From Octopus vulgaris (lineage: Eukaryota), in assembly GCA_951406725.2 (NCBI GenBank), contig OX597824.1, forward strand, positions 14,384,001-14,448,000: a DNA stretch of 64,000 bases, written 5' to 3'. The first letter of the stretch is position 1. Each line of letters begins with the position of its first letter. The notes beneath the pieces are model-generated. The model worked only from the letters and a program-made list of their open reading frames with translations, was not told the DNA's origin and did no database searches. The translations under genes were made by a program, and so were the position numbers. Positions 11,621 to 26,160 of the stretch are shown here, one piece after another.

Positions 11621-14247
11621 TATATATATATATATATATGATGGGCTTCTTTCAGTTTCTGTCCACATGGCTTTGGTTGGCCCAAAGCTACAGAAAGAAG
11701 TACTTGCCCAAGGTGCGATGCAATGGAACTGAACCTGGTACCGTGTGGTTAGGAAACAAACCTTTTAGTACACACCATGCGTGCAGCTGATTACTGAGAA
11801 TAATGCAGAGGAGCAGTTGCACTTCTTATTGTGTACCTACAGCTTTCTTAGGATACAGATTTTAGATGAAAGTAGGAAGTGAGAGGGAAGACAGGTGGCT
11901 GTGCAGTTAAGAAGTTCGCTTACCAGCCATAGGTTTCCAGGTTCAGTTCCACAGTGCAGCACTTTGAGCAAATGTCTTCTACTACAGCCCCGAGCTGACC
12001 AAAGCCTTGAAGTAGATTTGATAGAAGTAAATTGAAAGAAGCTTGTCATATGTGTGTGTGCATGTGTGTGTACCCTTGTATTCAATGGTGATGGTCATTT
12101 GCAACCATCAAGCTTCCGTGCCAGTGGCACTTAAAAGGCACCATTCAAGTGTGATCATTACTAGCGTCGCCTTACTGGCACTCGAGGCCATGCTAGTAGG
12201 GTATTAAGAGCACCATCCGAGCGTGATTGTTGCCAGAGTGGCTATCTGGCCTCCGTGCCAGTGGCACGTAAAAGACACCATTCAAGCGTGATTGTTACCA
12301 ACATCACCTCACTGGCACCTGTGCCAGTGGAATGTGTAAAAGATTCGAGCGAGGTCATTGCCAGTACCGCCTGACTGGCACATAAAAAGCACCCACTACA
12401 CTCTTGGAGTGGTTAGCATTAGGAAGGGCATCCAGCTGTAGAAACTCTGCCAGATCAAGATTGAAGCCTGGTGTAGCCATCTGGTTCACCAGCCCTCAGT
12501 CAAATTGTCCAACCCATGCTAGCATGGAAAGCAGACATTAAACGATGATGATGATGTCATACAAGTGATGTTGCTCATTTCCAGTTTGGCCAAAAGGATA
12601 TTACCTTGTTTGGAAACAGGTGAGAGTTAGTGACAGGAAAGGCACCTAGTTAATCTTTTACTCATTTCAGTCATTTGATTGTGGCCATGCTGGAGCACTG
12701 CCTTTTAGTCGGAGAAGTCAACCCCTGAACTTATTCTTTGTAAGACTGGTGCTTATTCTGTTGGTCTCTTCTGCCAAACCACTAAGTTACAGGGATGTAA
12801 ACACACCAACATTGGTTGTCAAGCGATGGTGGGGGAACAAACACAGACACAAACACGCATACCTAAATATATACATATATGTTAGTCTACTATAATACTC
12901 TTGTGTATTTCTCTGTCACAACATATGAATGAGAAGGGAAGGGGTGATAAATGAATAAGGAAGGAAGGGATGATGGCAAACTTGGTAGTGGGATGATGGA
13001 AGTTCTATAGTGGAAAAAACCCCCCCATCAAACACCATTTCAATTCTGCATGAATATATGTGAGTGTATATAAAAGGGAGTCATGCGAATGTCTGTGTGT
13101 GTGTGTGTGTGTGCAATGGAAGTGGGATGGTGAACATTCAATGCTGAAAAGAAAAATCAAACAGTGTTTCAACTCCGTGTGAGTATATGTGTGTACATAT
13201 ACAATGGAAGTTTGTGACGGTTTGTATCTGTGATTATTTTGTACCTTATTTATATATAAAATACTACAATTAGCCATAATTTTGGACAGTATGGGGCCAG
13301 CTACTATATATATATCAAATGCAAAATGGGACAAGAACACAAAATGTCCAGATACACAATACAAAGAAAACAAGGGAAGGTCATTCAGAGTTTTCTTTCC
13401 TCAGTCGAGTTCCAGATTATCTTTGCAATTTCAGCTGGTTATATTCAAGGTTGTTCCAATCTGGCCAGCCCCAAGGAAAAAACTAAGCTAAGAGCATTAG
13501 ATTCCTTGAAAGAAAGCAGCGAATGTATACGAAAGCAAGGACGGAAACAAACGGAGAATGTTACACAAATACAAATAAACAGGACATAACAACAGGTGTC
13601 TTTCGACTAAGGATGAATTAAATTAAACTGGCATGTGTGTGTGTGTGATGAGCTTTTTAGTTTCTGTCTACCAAATCCACCCACAAGGATTTGGTCAGTG
13701 ATGAGCTTTTTAGTTTCTGTCTATCAAATCCACCCACAAGGATTTGGTCAGCCCGAGGCTATAGTAGAAGATACTTGCCCAAAGTGCCATGCAGTGGGGG
13801 ACTGAACCCAGAACCATGTGGTTGGGAAACAAGCTTCTTTCCACACAGCCAAGCCTGCTTCAATAAATTTCATCCGACTCATGCAAGCATAGAAAAGTGG
13901 ATGTTAAATGAATGATGATTATATCGTTTATCTTTTACCTGTTTCAGTCATTAGACTGTGGCCATGCTGGGGCACTACTTTGAAGAGTTTGTACTCGAAT
14001 GAATTGACCCCAGTACCCTGTTTTTTTAAAGCCTGGTACTTATCCTATTGGATTCTTTTGCTGAACCGCTAAGTTACTGGAACGTAAACACACCAACACT
14101 AGTTGTCAGGCAGTGGTGGAGACAAACACAGACATGAAGATGCATATGCATATATTTGTGTGTGTGTATATATATATGTGACCTCGTCTGTATCACTAGC
14201 GATTTTTTTCCCTTGTCTTCCCTTCTCGGGATCTTTCCTTCTCCTAT

Positions 14248-14282
14248 GTTTCCGACGAAGAGCTCCGCTCAAAACGTCAAAC
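14248..14282 (+). ncRNA. Degenerate minimal hammerhead motif (Penelope-like fragment ~14175-14375)
   Basis: gttt-CCGACGA-a-gagc tcc gctc-AAAA-cg-TC-aaac; core differs from CUGANGA/GAAA at two positions. Confidence 0.5.
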
Positions 14283-14372
14283 CCTCCTTCTTCCCTGAGC
14301 GTCCAATAATACTTTATTTGTTCCACGTCCTTGCGTTGTTGTTTTTTTGTTTTTGTTTTCTTTTTTGTTTGG

Positions 14373-14413
<41 letters not shown>

Positions 14414-14477
14414 AATATAGGATAAATTTTTTCAAAAAAAATTCTATCAAAAATACCTTTAACGGTTAAATTTATAA

Positions 14478-14628
14478 ACAACTTATAAGCAAGGGCAAAA
14501 GAAAAAAATTCTAATGCCAAATATGCTGAAAATAGACTTAAATCATCAATTATGTGGTTATTGACGATTTAAGTCTATTTTCAGCATATTTGGCATTAGA
14601 ATTTTTTCTTTTGCCCTTGTTTATAAGT

Positions 14629-14631
<3 letters not shown>
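14478..14631. repeat. Palindrome (arms ~72 bp, ~9-nt spacer) between (TA)n tracts
   Basis: acaacttataagcaagggcaaaag…tcaat is mirrored by attgacg…cttttgcccttgtttataagttgt. Confidence 0.95.
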
Positions 14632-14665
<34 letters not shown>

Positions 14666-15033
14666 CTACAAAATTAGAAAATGGAGAAACATACTTAAAT
14701 CAATCAAACAGCCCTGTCTGGCCCCGTGTCGGTGGCACGTAAAAGCACCATCCGCTCGTGTTCGTTGCCAGCCTCGGCTGGCCCCGTGCCGGTGACACGT
14801 AAAAGCACCATCCGTTCGTGGCCGTTGTGCCAGCTCTGTCTGGCACCTGTGCAGGTGACACGTAAAAAACACCCACTACACTTGCGGATTGGTTGGCGTT
14901 AGGAAGGGCATCCAGCCGTAGAAACACTGCCAAATCTGACTGGGCCTGATGAAGCCTTCTGGCTTCACAGGACCCCAGTAGAACTGTCCAACCCATGCTA
15001 GCATGGAAAACGGACGCTAAATGATGATGATGA

Positions 15034-15091
<58 letters not shown>

Positions 15092-15909
15092 TAATAGTTA
15101 TCGCCAAGCTAATATGGTAGTCCATAAGTATCTGATGGGCTTCTTTCAGTTTTTGTCTATCAAATCCACCCCCAAGGCTTAGGTCAGTCCAAGGCTCAGC
15201 AGAAAACACTTGTACAAAGTGCCATGCACTTGGACTGAATCTGGAATCATGTGGCCAGGAAGCAAATTTTTACCACACAGCCACACCTGCATATATATAT
15301 ATATATTAGGTAGGGGTCTCCCAAAGAAGTCTCAGGGGGTAGCGTCTGGCAGAGTTTCTACAGCTGGATGCCCTTCCTAACGCTAACTACTCCGAGAGTT
15401 TAGTGGGTGCTTTTACATGCAACCAGCACAACGGCCAGTCAGGTAGTACGGGCAACGGCCATGCTCAAGTGGTGTTTTTTACATGCCACCCTGCACAGGA
15501 GCCAGTCCAGCGGCACTGGCAACAACCTCGCTCAAATGTTTTTCTGAGTTTGGGGGTAAGCAAGGACATGCTCCCCATAGAAAATTTAGCTCCAAAAAAA
15601 CCTCATGATAGCAAAGGAGAATGGACACCAGCCAGCCAGCCAGCCAGCCCAAAGTTTGGAGTGGGTTGCACCTACCTACCTCGGTTGCTATAGCATTGAG
15701 CCACCCCCATTAACAAGGACACAACCCGGATTTAAAACACTGGATGACGATGATGATGATATATATACTTTATCAATTAAAGCTGCAAAAATATCACAAA
15801 AAACTTCTACTCAGAGTTTCACGTTCCCATTCATTGGACAGTTTTGACTGAGAATACCTCTGGTATTCAAGTACTATTTTCGCACCTTGTTTCACATTTA
15901 TGTGCTTTG

Positions 15910-15953
<44 letters not shown>

Positions 15954-15957
<4 letters not shown>

Positions 15958-16238
15958 AATTGCAGTGTGGAAGGTGTTTATAAGCCATTTAAGAAAAAAC
16001 ACACAAAAGCTGTTAGATTCACTTCAACATTTAAATTTAATTTGTCAAAATATTTTCATCGCTTTGAGACTGCAACCTGTTCACTGACGATGCAGCACAG
16101 AATTTTGTCAGTGAACAGGTTATGGTCTCAAAGCGATGAAAATATTTTGACAAATTAAATTTAAATGTTGAAGTGAATCTAACGGTTTTTGTGTGTTTCT
16201 TAAATGGCTTATAAACACCTTCCATGCTGCAATTGTTT
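15954..16238. repeat. Long near-perfect palindrome (arms ~135 bp, 18-nt spacer), Penelope-like inverted fragment
   Basis: aaacaattgcagtgtggaaggtgtttataagcc…cactgac is mirrored by gtcagtg…ggcttataaacaccttccatgctgcaattgttt. Confidence 0.95.
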
Positions 16239-16286
16239 TCATCCCAGCACACAATCTCAGATCAGGTCACTTGCTATGCAAGTACA

Positions 16287-16367
<81 letters not shown>

Positions 16368-17134
16368 TAAACACACCTTGGACAAAGAAGTTGCTAGACA
16401 ATATAGGTAGAGCTGATAAGAAAATTAAAATGTTGTGGCTATTAATAAACAAAATGGTAGCCTCTAATCTGCATATACCTTAAATGTCCTCCAGCAAGAT
16501 TAACAGATGCATATAAAGACTATTCATGCAGGTGTCTTCTGAAACATACCTATATAAATATTTGTGATTAATGCAAAATTTATATGTTATGACAGAGAAG
16601 CAGACTTTAACTTTTTAGGATTGGCCCTTTGTGTAAGAAAGACAAAAAAACAATACACATGCTTCAATGTGGAGAGTATTTCTACATTCCTGCAGCAGAG
16701 GCCTGGTTATGTGGTTAAAAAGATTGCTTTGCAGTCAAGTAGTCTCAGGTTCAGCCCCACTGTATGGCACCTTGGTCAGGTGTCTTCGATATATAGCTTG
16801 GGTTGACCGAAGCTTTGTGAGTGAATTTGGTAGGCAGAATCTGAAAAGAAGACTACTGTGTGTGTGTGTGTATGTGTGTGTGTGTGCGTGTGAGTGTGTG
16901 CATGTATGTGTGCATTACATATACTCTTTTACTTGTTTCAGTCATTTGACTGCGGCCACGCTGGAGCACCGCCTTAAATCAAGCAACTCGACCCCGGGAC
17001 TTATTCTTTTGTAAGCCCAGTACTTATTCTATCGGTCTCTTTTGCCAAACCGCTAAGAAACGGGGACATAAACACACCAGCATCGGTTGTCAAGCAATGC
17101 TAGGGGGACACACACAGACACACAAACACACACT

Positions 17135-17174
<40 letters not shown>

Positions 17175-20100
17175 TACGACGGGCTTCTTTCAGTTTCCGT
17201 CTACCAAATCCACTCACAAGGCTTTGGTCGGCCCGAGGCTATAGCAGAAGACACTTGCCCAAGGTGCCACGCAGTGGGACTGAACCCGGAACCATGTGGT
17301 TGGCAAACAAGCTACTTACCCCACAGCCACTCCTGCGCCTATATATGTATGTTTTTCTCACTCCTGTTTTTTTTAGACAGCAACATCCTTTTAACATCCG
17401 CTTCTCACACTGGCATGTATTGGACGGTTTGATCAGAGACGGTAAGCTGGATAGCTACATCAGATTCCAGTCTGATTCAGCCTGGTTTCTACAGCTGGAT
17501 GCCTGCCTGCTTCCCCTTAACACCAACCACTTTACAAAGTGCACTGAGTGCTTTTGAGTGTTTTTATGTGGTGCCAACACAGACGCCTTTTAAGTGGCAC
17601 TGACACAGGACCCCAGGGCAAGTGACCTTGATGTGTGTTTGTAACCTTCCGTGAAAACACGACCAGACATGGGGGAAATATTGTTTTGCTCAGAAACAAG
17701 TGAGGGCTGGTGACTGAGAGAGCATCCAGCCATAGAAATCTACCTCAGCGAATCCCATCTGATGCATGCAAGCATAGACAAGCAGACATTAAAATGAACG
17801 ATGACACAAACCACCACCAGTTTCATTGGACCCTATTTTAAGTAAAGATACACACCTATTTTCCAACATCCTCCGTTCTAAACCCGTGCTGGAATAACCA
17901 TTTTGCTGGATTAAAAGAGATGACATCATAGTAACTTGACAACTGTTGCCATATTATTGGTTTGCAATTTGAGCGCAAGGCCAGCAATTTCAGGGAAGTG
18001 GATAAGTTGATTACATCGACATCACTGCTTAACTTGTATTTATTTTATTAACCCCAAAACGTTGGCCTTGATGGAATTTGAGCTCAGAATGCAAAGACGG
18101 CTGAAATGGCACTAAGCATTCTGCTCCGCATGCCAATGATTTTGTCAGCTCACCACCTTCTTTTGCCACATTATAACTTTTTCACAAGTAAACTACTGTT
18201 TAAATACAAGAACCCATGTGTCGGTGACACATAAGAAGCACCCAGCACACTGTCAGTGGCACATAAGAAGCACCAACTGTAGAAACCATACCACAACAGT
18301 GAGCTGGCAGAAACTTTAGCACGCCGGGCAAAATGCTTAGCGGTGTTTCATCTGTCGCTATGTTCTGAGTTCAAATTCTGTCGAGGTAGATTTTGCCTTT
18401 CATCCTTTCAGGGTCGATTAAATAAGTACCAGTTACACACTGGGGTCGATATAATCAATTTAATCCGTTTGTCCCCTCTGTGTGTAGCCCCTTGTGGGCA
18501 GTAAAGAAATAAGAAACCATAACACAACAGACAACTGGAGTCTGGACAGCTTCATGTCAAACCGTCCAACCCATGCCAGCATAGGGAGCAGATGTTAAGC
18601 AATCATGATGATGATGATGATGATGATGAGGAATGTTGTGTGTGAACCTCTTGACCTCTGGACTCTCTCTTGAAACATAACTGTGAAGGATATAGATTTA
18701 CTTTTTCGTTTTTCATGCTAAAATACTATATTATCTGCAGTGAAGGCAAGTTCTTTTATCTGTTATTTGCTGCGGTCATGCTGGGGCACCACCTTGAAGA
18801 ACTCTAAAGCCAGGTACTTATTCTATTAAGGTCTTTCACTGAACCGCTAAGTTACAGTGATGTAAACATACAAACAACAGTTGTCAAGTGGTGATGAGAG
18901 ACAAAGACAGACACAAAAACAAACACACATACAGGACCGATTTCTTCCAGTTTCTAACTACCAAATCCACTCACAAGGCTTTGGTTAGACTGAAGCAATA
19001 GAAGAAGACACCCAAGGTGCCACACAGTGGGACTGAACCCAGAACCATGTGGTTGGGAAGCAAACTTCTTACCACACAGCCATGCCAGTGTCTATGTATT
19101 AATTTGCTCTTCACAGCATCATCATCATCGTTTAACGTCCGCTTTCCATGCTAGCATGGGTTAGACGGTCCGACCGGGGTCTGGGAGGCCAGGAGGCTGC
19201 GCCAAGCTCCAGTCTGATCTGGCAGTGTTTCTACGGCTGGATGCCATTCCTAATGCCAACCACTCCGTGAGTGTAGTGAGTGCTTTTTACGTGCCACCGG
19301 CACAGGGGCCAGAGGAGGCTGGAAACGACCACGATGGGTTGATGCATTTTACGTGCCACCGGCACAGAAGCCAGCCAAGGCAGCGCTGGCATCCGCCACA
19401 TTCGGATGGTGCTTTTTAAGTGCCACCAGCACGGGTATCACAACTACAATTTCCATTTGATTGTGTAATATTTAGTTTTAACCATTTCCACCTTTCGTTC
19501 GTCGTTTAACGTCCGTTCTCCATGCTAGCATGGGTTGGACGGTTCGACCGGGGATCTGGTAAGCCAGAAGGCTGCACCAGGCTCCAGTCTTATCTGGCAA
19601 TGTTTCTACAGCTGGATGCCCTTCCTAACGCCAACCACTCCGTGAGTGTAGTGGGTGCTTTTTACGTGCCACCTGCACAGGTGCCAGGCGAGGCTGGCAA
19701 CGGCCACGGTCGGATTGGTGTATTTTATGTGCCACCGGCACGGAAGCCAGTCGAGGTGGCGCTGGCATCAGCCACGAGTCGGATAGCGCTTTATATTTAG
19801 GTGTAGGGACAGAGTTTCTACTTACATGATTATGTTTCTAGCAAACAAAAAAATGTATGTTGTGAAAGCTTGGTAGCAAAAAATAATTATTAATAATAAG
19901 AATCACAACAAATTCAAGTGTTGTCACATAATTATGCTTCAATGAAAAGAATCACCAGATTATCAACAACAGGAAAAAAATCACCAGTGTACCTGTATAA
20001 ATATTTGTACAGGTGGTTGACGTGACAAATATGGTTTCCAGCTTAAGATCCATAGATCCATGGGATGAGGATCTACAAATAAGCTATTTTTATAAATGTA

Positions 20101-21699
20101 TGTATTTATTTTTTATCTTTTAGAGCAGCCAACTGGCTTCCGTGCCAGTGGCACATAAAAGGGCCCCATTCGAGCGTGATCATTACCAACGTCACCTTAC
20201 TGGCACCTGTACTGGTGGCATATGTAAAAGGATTCGAGCGAGGTCGTTGCCAGTACCGCCTGACTGGACCCCATGCCGGTGGCACGTAAAAAGCACCCAC
20301 TACACTCTCAGAGTGGCTGGCGTTAGAAAGGGTATCCAGCTGTAGAACCTCTGCCAAATCAAGATTGGAGCCTCATGCAGCCATCTGGTTCGCCAGGCCA
20401 TAGTCAAAATCGTCCAATCCATGCTAGCATGGAAAGCGGACGTTAAACGATGATGATGATGATATTTCTGTTATTAGGTGGCATCCATGCTGGGGCACCG
20501 CCTTGCAGAATTTTTAGACAAATGAATAAGCCTGGTACTTATTCTATCAGTCTCTTTTGCTGAACTGCTAAGTGATGGGGACATAAACACACCAACACTG
20601 GTTGTCAAGCAGAGGTGGAAGGACAGATACAGACACAATGACACACACACACACACACATATATGTATGTATACAATGGGCTTCTTTCAGTTTTCATCTA
20701 CCAAATCTTTGGTCTGCCTGAACCCAGAACCATGTGGTTGGGAAGCAAGTTTCTTACGACACAAAACCCCAAAAGCCCAGCAGTCACTTGCAAATGAGTA
20801 TAATGAGTAGGTTGTACCATGCTTTCATTAATTGTCACAGGTGCCTATGTAGTCGCAAGTACACATGGACAACACTCCCAGCCCTTCCACCTTTGACCCA
20901 GCCAAACATCAAGGATGTGACCATTCGAGTAAGAAAGGGCTACACCAGTATTTCGCTCGCATGCATTTCCAGTTGAAAGGGTTGCATCATTATGAACTGA
21001 TGTACCTTGTTCAAAGACACACCATGCTGTCCAGTTAAGAAATTGAACTCACAACTTATGATTGTAAGCCCAACACCTTAACCACTAGGCTATGCATTTT
21101 CATTATATTCTTTTACTTGTTTCAGTCATTGAATTGCGACCATGCTGGAGCATCGCCTTCGAGGTGATGTTAAATCAACTCCAATGCATTATTTTATTGG
21201 TCTCTTTTATTTTTTTTTTGCAGATCCAATAAGTCACAGGGATGTAAACAAAACAACACCAGTTGTTACACGGTGGGAAAGACAAACACAAACAGGCTTC
21301 CATACAGTTTCCATTTTATCAAATTCACTCTCAAGGCATTGTAGGAGACACATATCGAGGGGTGCTGTGCAATGGAACTGAACCCCAAATCTCATAATTA
21401 TGAAGTAAACTTCTTCACCACACATCCATACTTCCAAGTGTGTGCGTGCGTGCACACACATCATCATCATCATCGTTTAGCGTCCGTTTTCCATGCTAGC
21501 ATGGGTTGGACGGGTCAACTGGGCTGGGCTCTGTGAAGCTGGAAGGCTTCGTCAGGCCCAGTCAGATCTGGCAGTGTTTCTACGGCTGGATGCCCTTCCT
21601 AACGCCAACCACTCCGCGAGTGTAGTGGGTGTTTTTTATGTGCCACCTGCACATATGTACAAATAATTATAAACACACACCTTTGAGAGAATAGTTTAC

Positions 21700-21883
21700 A
21701 TAGGTGTAGGAGTGGCTGTGTGGTAAGTAGCTTGCTTACCAACCACATGGTTCTGGGTTCAGTCCCACTGCGTGGCACCTTGGGCAAGTGTCTTCTACTA
21801 TAGCACATGGCCGACCAAATCCTTGTGAGTGGATTTGGTAGACGGAAACTGAAAGAAGCCCGTCGTATATATGTGTATGTATG

Positions 21884-21928
<45 letters not shown>

Positions 21929-22130
21929 TTGTGTGTCTGTGTTTGTCCCCCCAACATTGCTTGACAACCGATGCTGGTGTGTTTACGTCCCCATAACTTA
22001 GCAGTTTAGCAAAAGAGACCGATAGAATAAGTACTGGGCTCACAAAGAATAAGTCTTGGGCTCGAACTGCTCGACTAAAGGCGGTGCTCCAGCATGGCCG
22101 CAGTCAAATGACTGAAACAAGTAAAAAAGT
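21700..22130 (+). mobile_element. Family-A tRNA-derived SINE with internal (TA/TG)n tract (representative copy)
   Basis: A-box-like tggctgtgtggtaag, B-box-like ggttcagtccc, tail gaaacaagtaaaa. Many minus-strand copies: ~1-660, 8815-9247, 16922-17341, 23151-23570, 34255-34655, 35080-35445, 41888-42268, 45575-46162, 46600-47000, 54115-54787. Confidence 0.85.
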
Positions 22131-24641
22131 ATATGTACACAGACACACACACAAATAGGCATACACACACATAAACAAGCAGACGCACACGCACACACAC
22201 ACACACGCACTGGTTACTTTTGCATCGCTCGGTTTTATAAACCGATTGACACTAATATCAACTCTCTCTTACTCGCGCGCGCATAAACAGAAGAGATGGT
22301 AGGATGTTAATCACAGAAGCCATTTGTGCATATTAGAAAAGAAAAAAAAAAAAATGAAATGACTTCGAATCTGAAAGTAATGGCTAAACTGCTAAAGTTT
22401 AAAGCGAGCCAGTAGTAGTAGAGGAGGTCAGAAGATCATAACAAGGGTCATCAAAGTTCCTTGACCCTTTCAGAAAACAACTTGCTTTTGAATACTTGTG
22501 AGGTGTGGGGAGAGGTCACTGGGCTGGTCAAACAGAAAATTACTGTTGGTGGGATATAATGGTGGGACGGGGGGGTGGGGGGTTAAAGAGTGCTTGACAC
22601 CATTTAGAGAACATTGTTAAATTCGTTTGGCTCAACAACAATAAAATAACAAAATATAAACAGCAAGAAATAAGATTAAAAAAAACATAAATCGTGTGAG
22701 GAAATAGCTGAACGTTTCCTCAAACAAACAAATGACCTTTCAGAATCATGTTTTGAAATCAAGACTCATTTTTTTTTTCCATCCTTGAAAAGAGATGGAA
22801 GATGATAGTTCATAAAATATTTGATGTATTTTAATAAAAACCTATAAATAGTTACGGGGAAATTCATTTATTTACACAATTAGTATATTTGTTGAATAAA
22901 ATATGTGTATTTTATGGGCCAATAGGAGCTATCTTTTTCTCTAGCCAAAGAATTTTTACTGGATTAAATATTTGTGTATAACAACAAAGCAAAAAAGCAA
23001 TTACAGTGTTGAAGACACATTAACCATTCATAAACACACAAAAAAACCAGTTAATTTCATTCAGTCATTATTATTTGGTGTCAAATTTTCGTCGCTCTAT
23101 CTGAGACAAGCTTACTGATGATACAAGTCTCACTACAACGACTTAATATATACTCTTTACTCTTTTACTTGTTTCAGTCATTTGACTGCGGCCATGCTGG
23201 AGCACCGCATTTAGTCGATCGAGCAAATCGACCCCAGGACTTATTCTTTGTAAGCCTGGTACTTATTCTATCGGTCTCTTTTGCCGAACCGCTAAGTTAC
23301 GGGGACGTAAACACACAAGCATCGGTTGTCAAGCGATGTTGGGGGGGGGACGAACACAGACACACAAACATACACACACACATACATACATACATACACA
23401 TATATACGACGGGCTTCTTTCAGTTTCCGTCTACCAAATCCACTCACGAGGCTTTGGTCGGCCCGAGGCTATAGTAGAAGACACTTGCCCAAGGTGCCAC
23501 ACAGTGGGACTGAACCCGGAACCATGTGGTTGGTAAGCAAGCTACTTACCACACAGTCACTCCTGCGCCTGAATTTTTTCCACTTGTTTCAGTCGGCTGC
23601 ACCCATGCTGGGGCACCGCCTTGAACTTTTAGTCGAAGGTTTTGACAGCAGGACTTATCTTTTAAAAGCCTGGTACTTATTCTATCGTTCTCTTTTGCCG
23701 AATCGCTAAGTTACAAGAACGTAAACACACCAGCATCGATTATCAAGCGGTGGTGGGACAAACAGACACAAAGACACACACACAAACACACATAGATTTA
23801 TATATGAATATAGTACAGGCTTCTTTCAGTTTCCCTCTACTAGATTCACTCACAAGGCGTTGGTTGACCTGAGGCTATTGCAGAAGACACTTGCCCAAGG
23901 TGCCACGCAGTGGGATTGAACCCCGGATCATGTGGTTGGGAAGCAACCTTCATACCGCAGCCACATATGCGCTTATATTTGAATCATATCGGATCTTTTA
24001 TAGATTCAAATTTCAATGACAGAGCAAACCTAAGATTAAAGACGTTCCAGCCGAGATCATCCCGCCTTTTCTTTTTTTTTTTATAAGCTATACTATATTG
24101 TCCGATAGTTCCTCTCTTCATAAAACGGTAGCGTGATTAAGATTTGGCTGCTGTTTCTAGCAAGACAACACAGACCGTGGTGAGCAGACATAGGGAACCT
24201 TTTTCAAGAAGCGGGCCGCATGAGACAAGACTCATCATCAGGCGCGCCGCATTACTAAAAAATTTGAAGGTAATTTTTCATAAGGTGTACTATTCAGAAA
24301 GTCCCACGGGTTGCAGTTTTCCCATGATTGTTGTAGATGCTGTCCAATAATCCGAAGTCAGCCCTGATCAAGCAAGCAGACCTATTATCAAAGACGTTCC
24401 ACTCGTGGCCATCTACCATTTTTATGTTAACACGCATAAACGGATTGAGGGACGTATGTTTAAGAAACAGCTGTGCAAAAAAGAAGACTGCGCTGGTACG
24501 GACACGTGATGCACATGAAATACGAAAGAAGTGCGATGTGAACAATTTGTTAGTCCTAGGTGATCTTTGACTGAGAAAATCTACGATCAAAAATATGAGG
24601 TAGTCATGGCCGGTCATGACTAACTTATATTTTTGTATACA

Positions 24642-26160
24642 AAGGCAGTGAGCTGGCAGAAACGTTAACACGTCGAGCGAAATACTTAGCAGTATTTCGT
24701 CTGCCGCTACGTTCTGAGTTCAAATTCCGCCGAGGTTGACTTTGCCTTTCATCCTTTCGGGGTCGATTAAATAAATACCAGTTAGGCACTGGGGTCGATG
24801 TAATCGACTTAACCCGTTTGTCTGTCCTTGTTTGTCCTCTCTGTGTTTAGCCCCCTGTGGGTAGTAAAGAAACAGGTATTTCGTCAGCCGTTACGTTCTG
24901 AGTTCAAATTCCGCCGAGGTCGACTTTGCCTTTCATCCATTCGGATCGATTAAATAAGTACCAGTTACGCACTGGAGTCGATATAATCGACTTAATCCTT
25001 TGTCTGTCCTTGTTTGTCCCCTCTGTGTTTAGCCCCTTGTGGGTAGTAAAGAAATAGGTATTTCGTCTGTCGTTACGTTCTGAGTTCAAATTCCGCCGAG
25101 GTCGACTTTGCCTTTCATCCATTCGGGGTCGATTAAATAAATACCAGTTAGGCACTGGGGTTGATGTAATCGACTTAACCCGTTTGTCTGTCCTTGTTTG
25201 TCCCCTCTGTGTTTAGCCCCTTGTGGGTAGTAAAGAAACAGGTATTTCGTCTGCCGTTACGTTCTGAGTTCAAATTCCGCCGAGGTTGACTTTGCCTTTC
25301 ATCCTTTCGGGGTCGATTAAATAAATACCAGTTAGGCACTGGGGTCGATATAATCGACTTAACCCGTTTGTCTGTCCTTGTTTGTCCCCTCTGTGTTTAG
25401 CCCCCTGTGGGTAGTAAAGAAATAGGTATTTCGTCTGTCGTTACGTTCTGAGTTCAAATTCCGCCGAGGTTGACTTTGCCTTTCATCCTTTCGGGGTCGA
25501 TTAAATAAATACCAGTTAGGCACTGGGGTCGATGTAATCGACTTAACCCGTTTGTCTGTCCTTGTTTGTCCCCTCTGTGTTTAGCCCCTTGTGGGTAGTA
25601 AAGAAATAGGTATTTCGTCTGTCGTTACGTTCTGAGTTCAAATTCCGCCGAGGTCGACTTTGCCTTTCATCCATTCGGGGTCGATAAATTAGGTACCAGT
25701 TACGCACTGGGGTCGATGTAATCCACTTAATCCGTTTGTCTGTCTTTGTTTGTCCTCTCTGTGTTTAGCCCCCTGTGGGTAGTAAAGAAATAGGTATTTC
25801 ATCTGCCGTTACGTTCTGAGTTCAAATTCCGCCGAGGTCGACTTTGCCTTTCATCCTTCCGGGGTCGATTAAATAAGTACCAGTTACGCACTGGGGTCGA
25901 TATAATCGACTTAATCCGTTTATCTGTCCTTGTTTGTCCTCTCTGTGTTTAGCCCCCTGTGGGTAGTAAACAAATAGGTATTTCGTCAGCCGTTACGTTC
26001 TGAGTTCAAATTCCGCCGAGGTCGACTTTGCCTTTCATCCTTTCGGGGTCGATAAATTAGGTACCAGTTACGCACTGGGTCGATATAATCGACTTAATCC
26101 GTTTGTTTGTCCTTGTCTGTCCCCTCTGTGTTTAGCCCCTTGTAGGCAGTAAAGAAATAT
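24642..26160 (+). mobile_element. Family-B tRNA-derived SINE (Meta-domain-like core): one head plus 8 tandem ~184-bp bodies
   Basis: Head ggcagtgagctggcagaaacgttaac; B-box gagttcaaattcc; core gcctttcatcctttcggggtcga; unit starts near 24692, 24877, 25058, 25242, 25426, 25610, 25794, 25978; 16-bp TSD tatatttttgtataca at 24626-24641 and 26162-26177. Confidence 0.9.

Noticed and set aside
13190-13630. Possible further hammerheads in Penelope-like fragments (also 54370-54600, 29375-29425)
   Set aside because: Cores too degenerate to assign helices with confidence.
24642-26160. CRISPR-like regular array
   Set aside because: Units are complete tandem copies without unique spacers; eukaryotic context and no cas genes.
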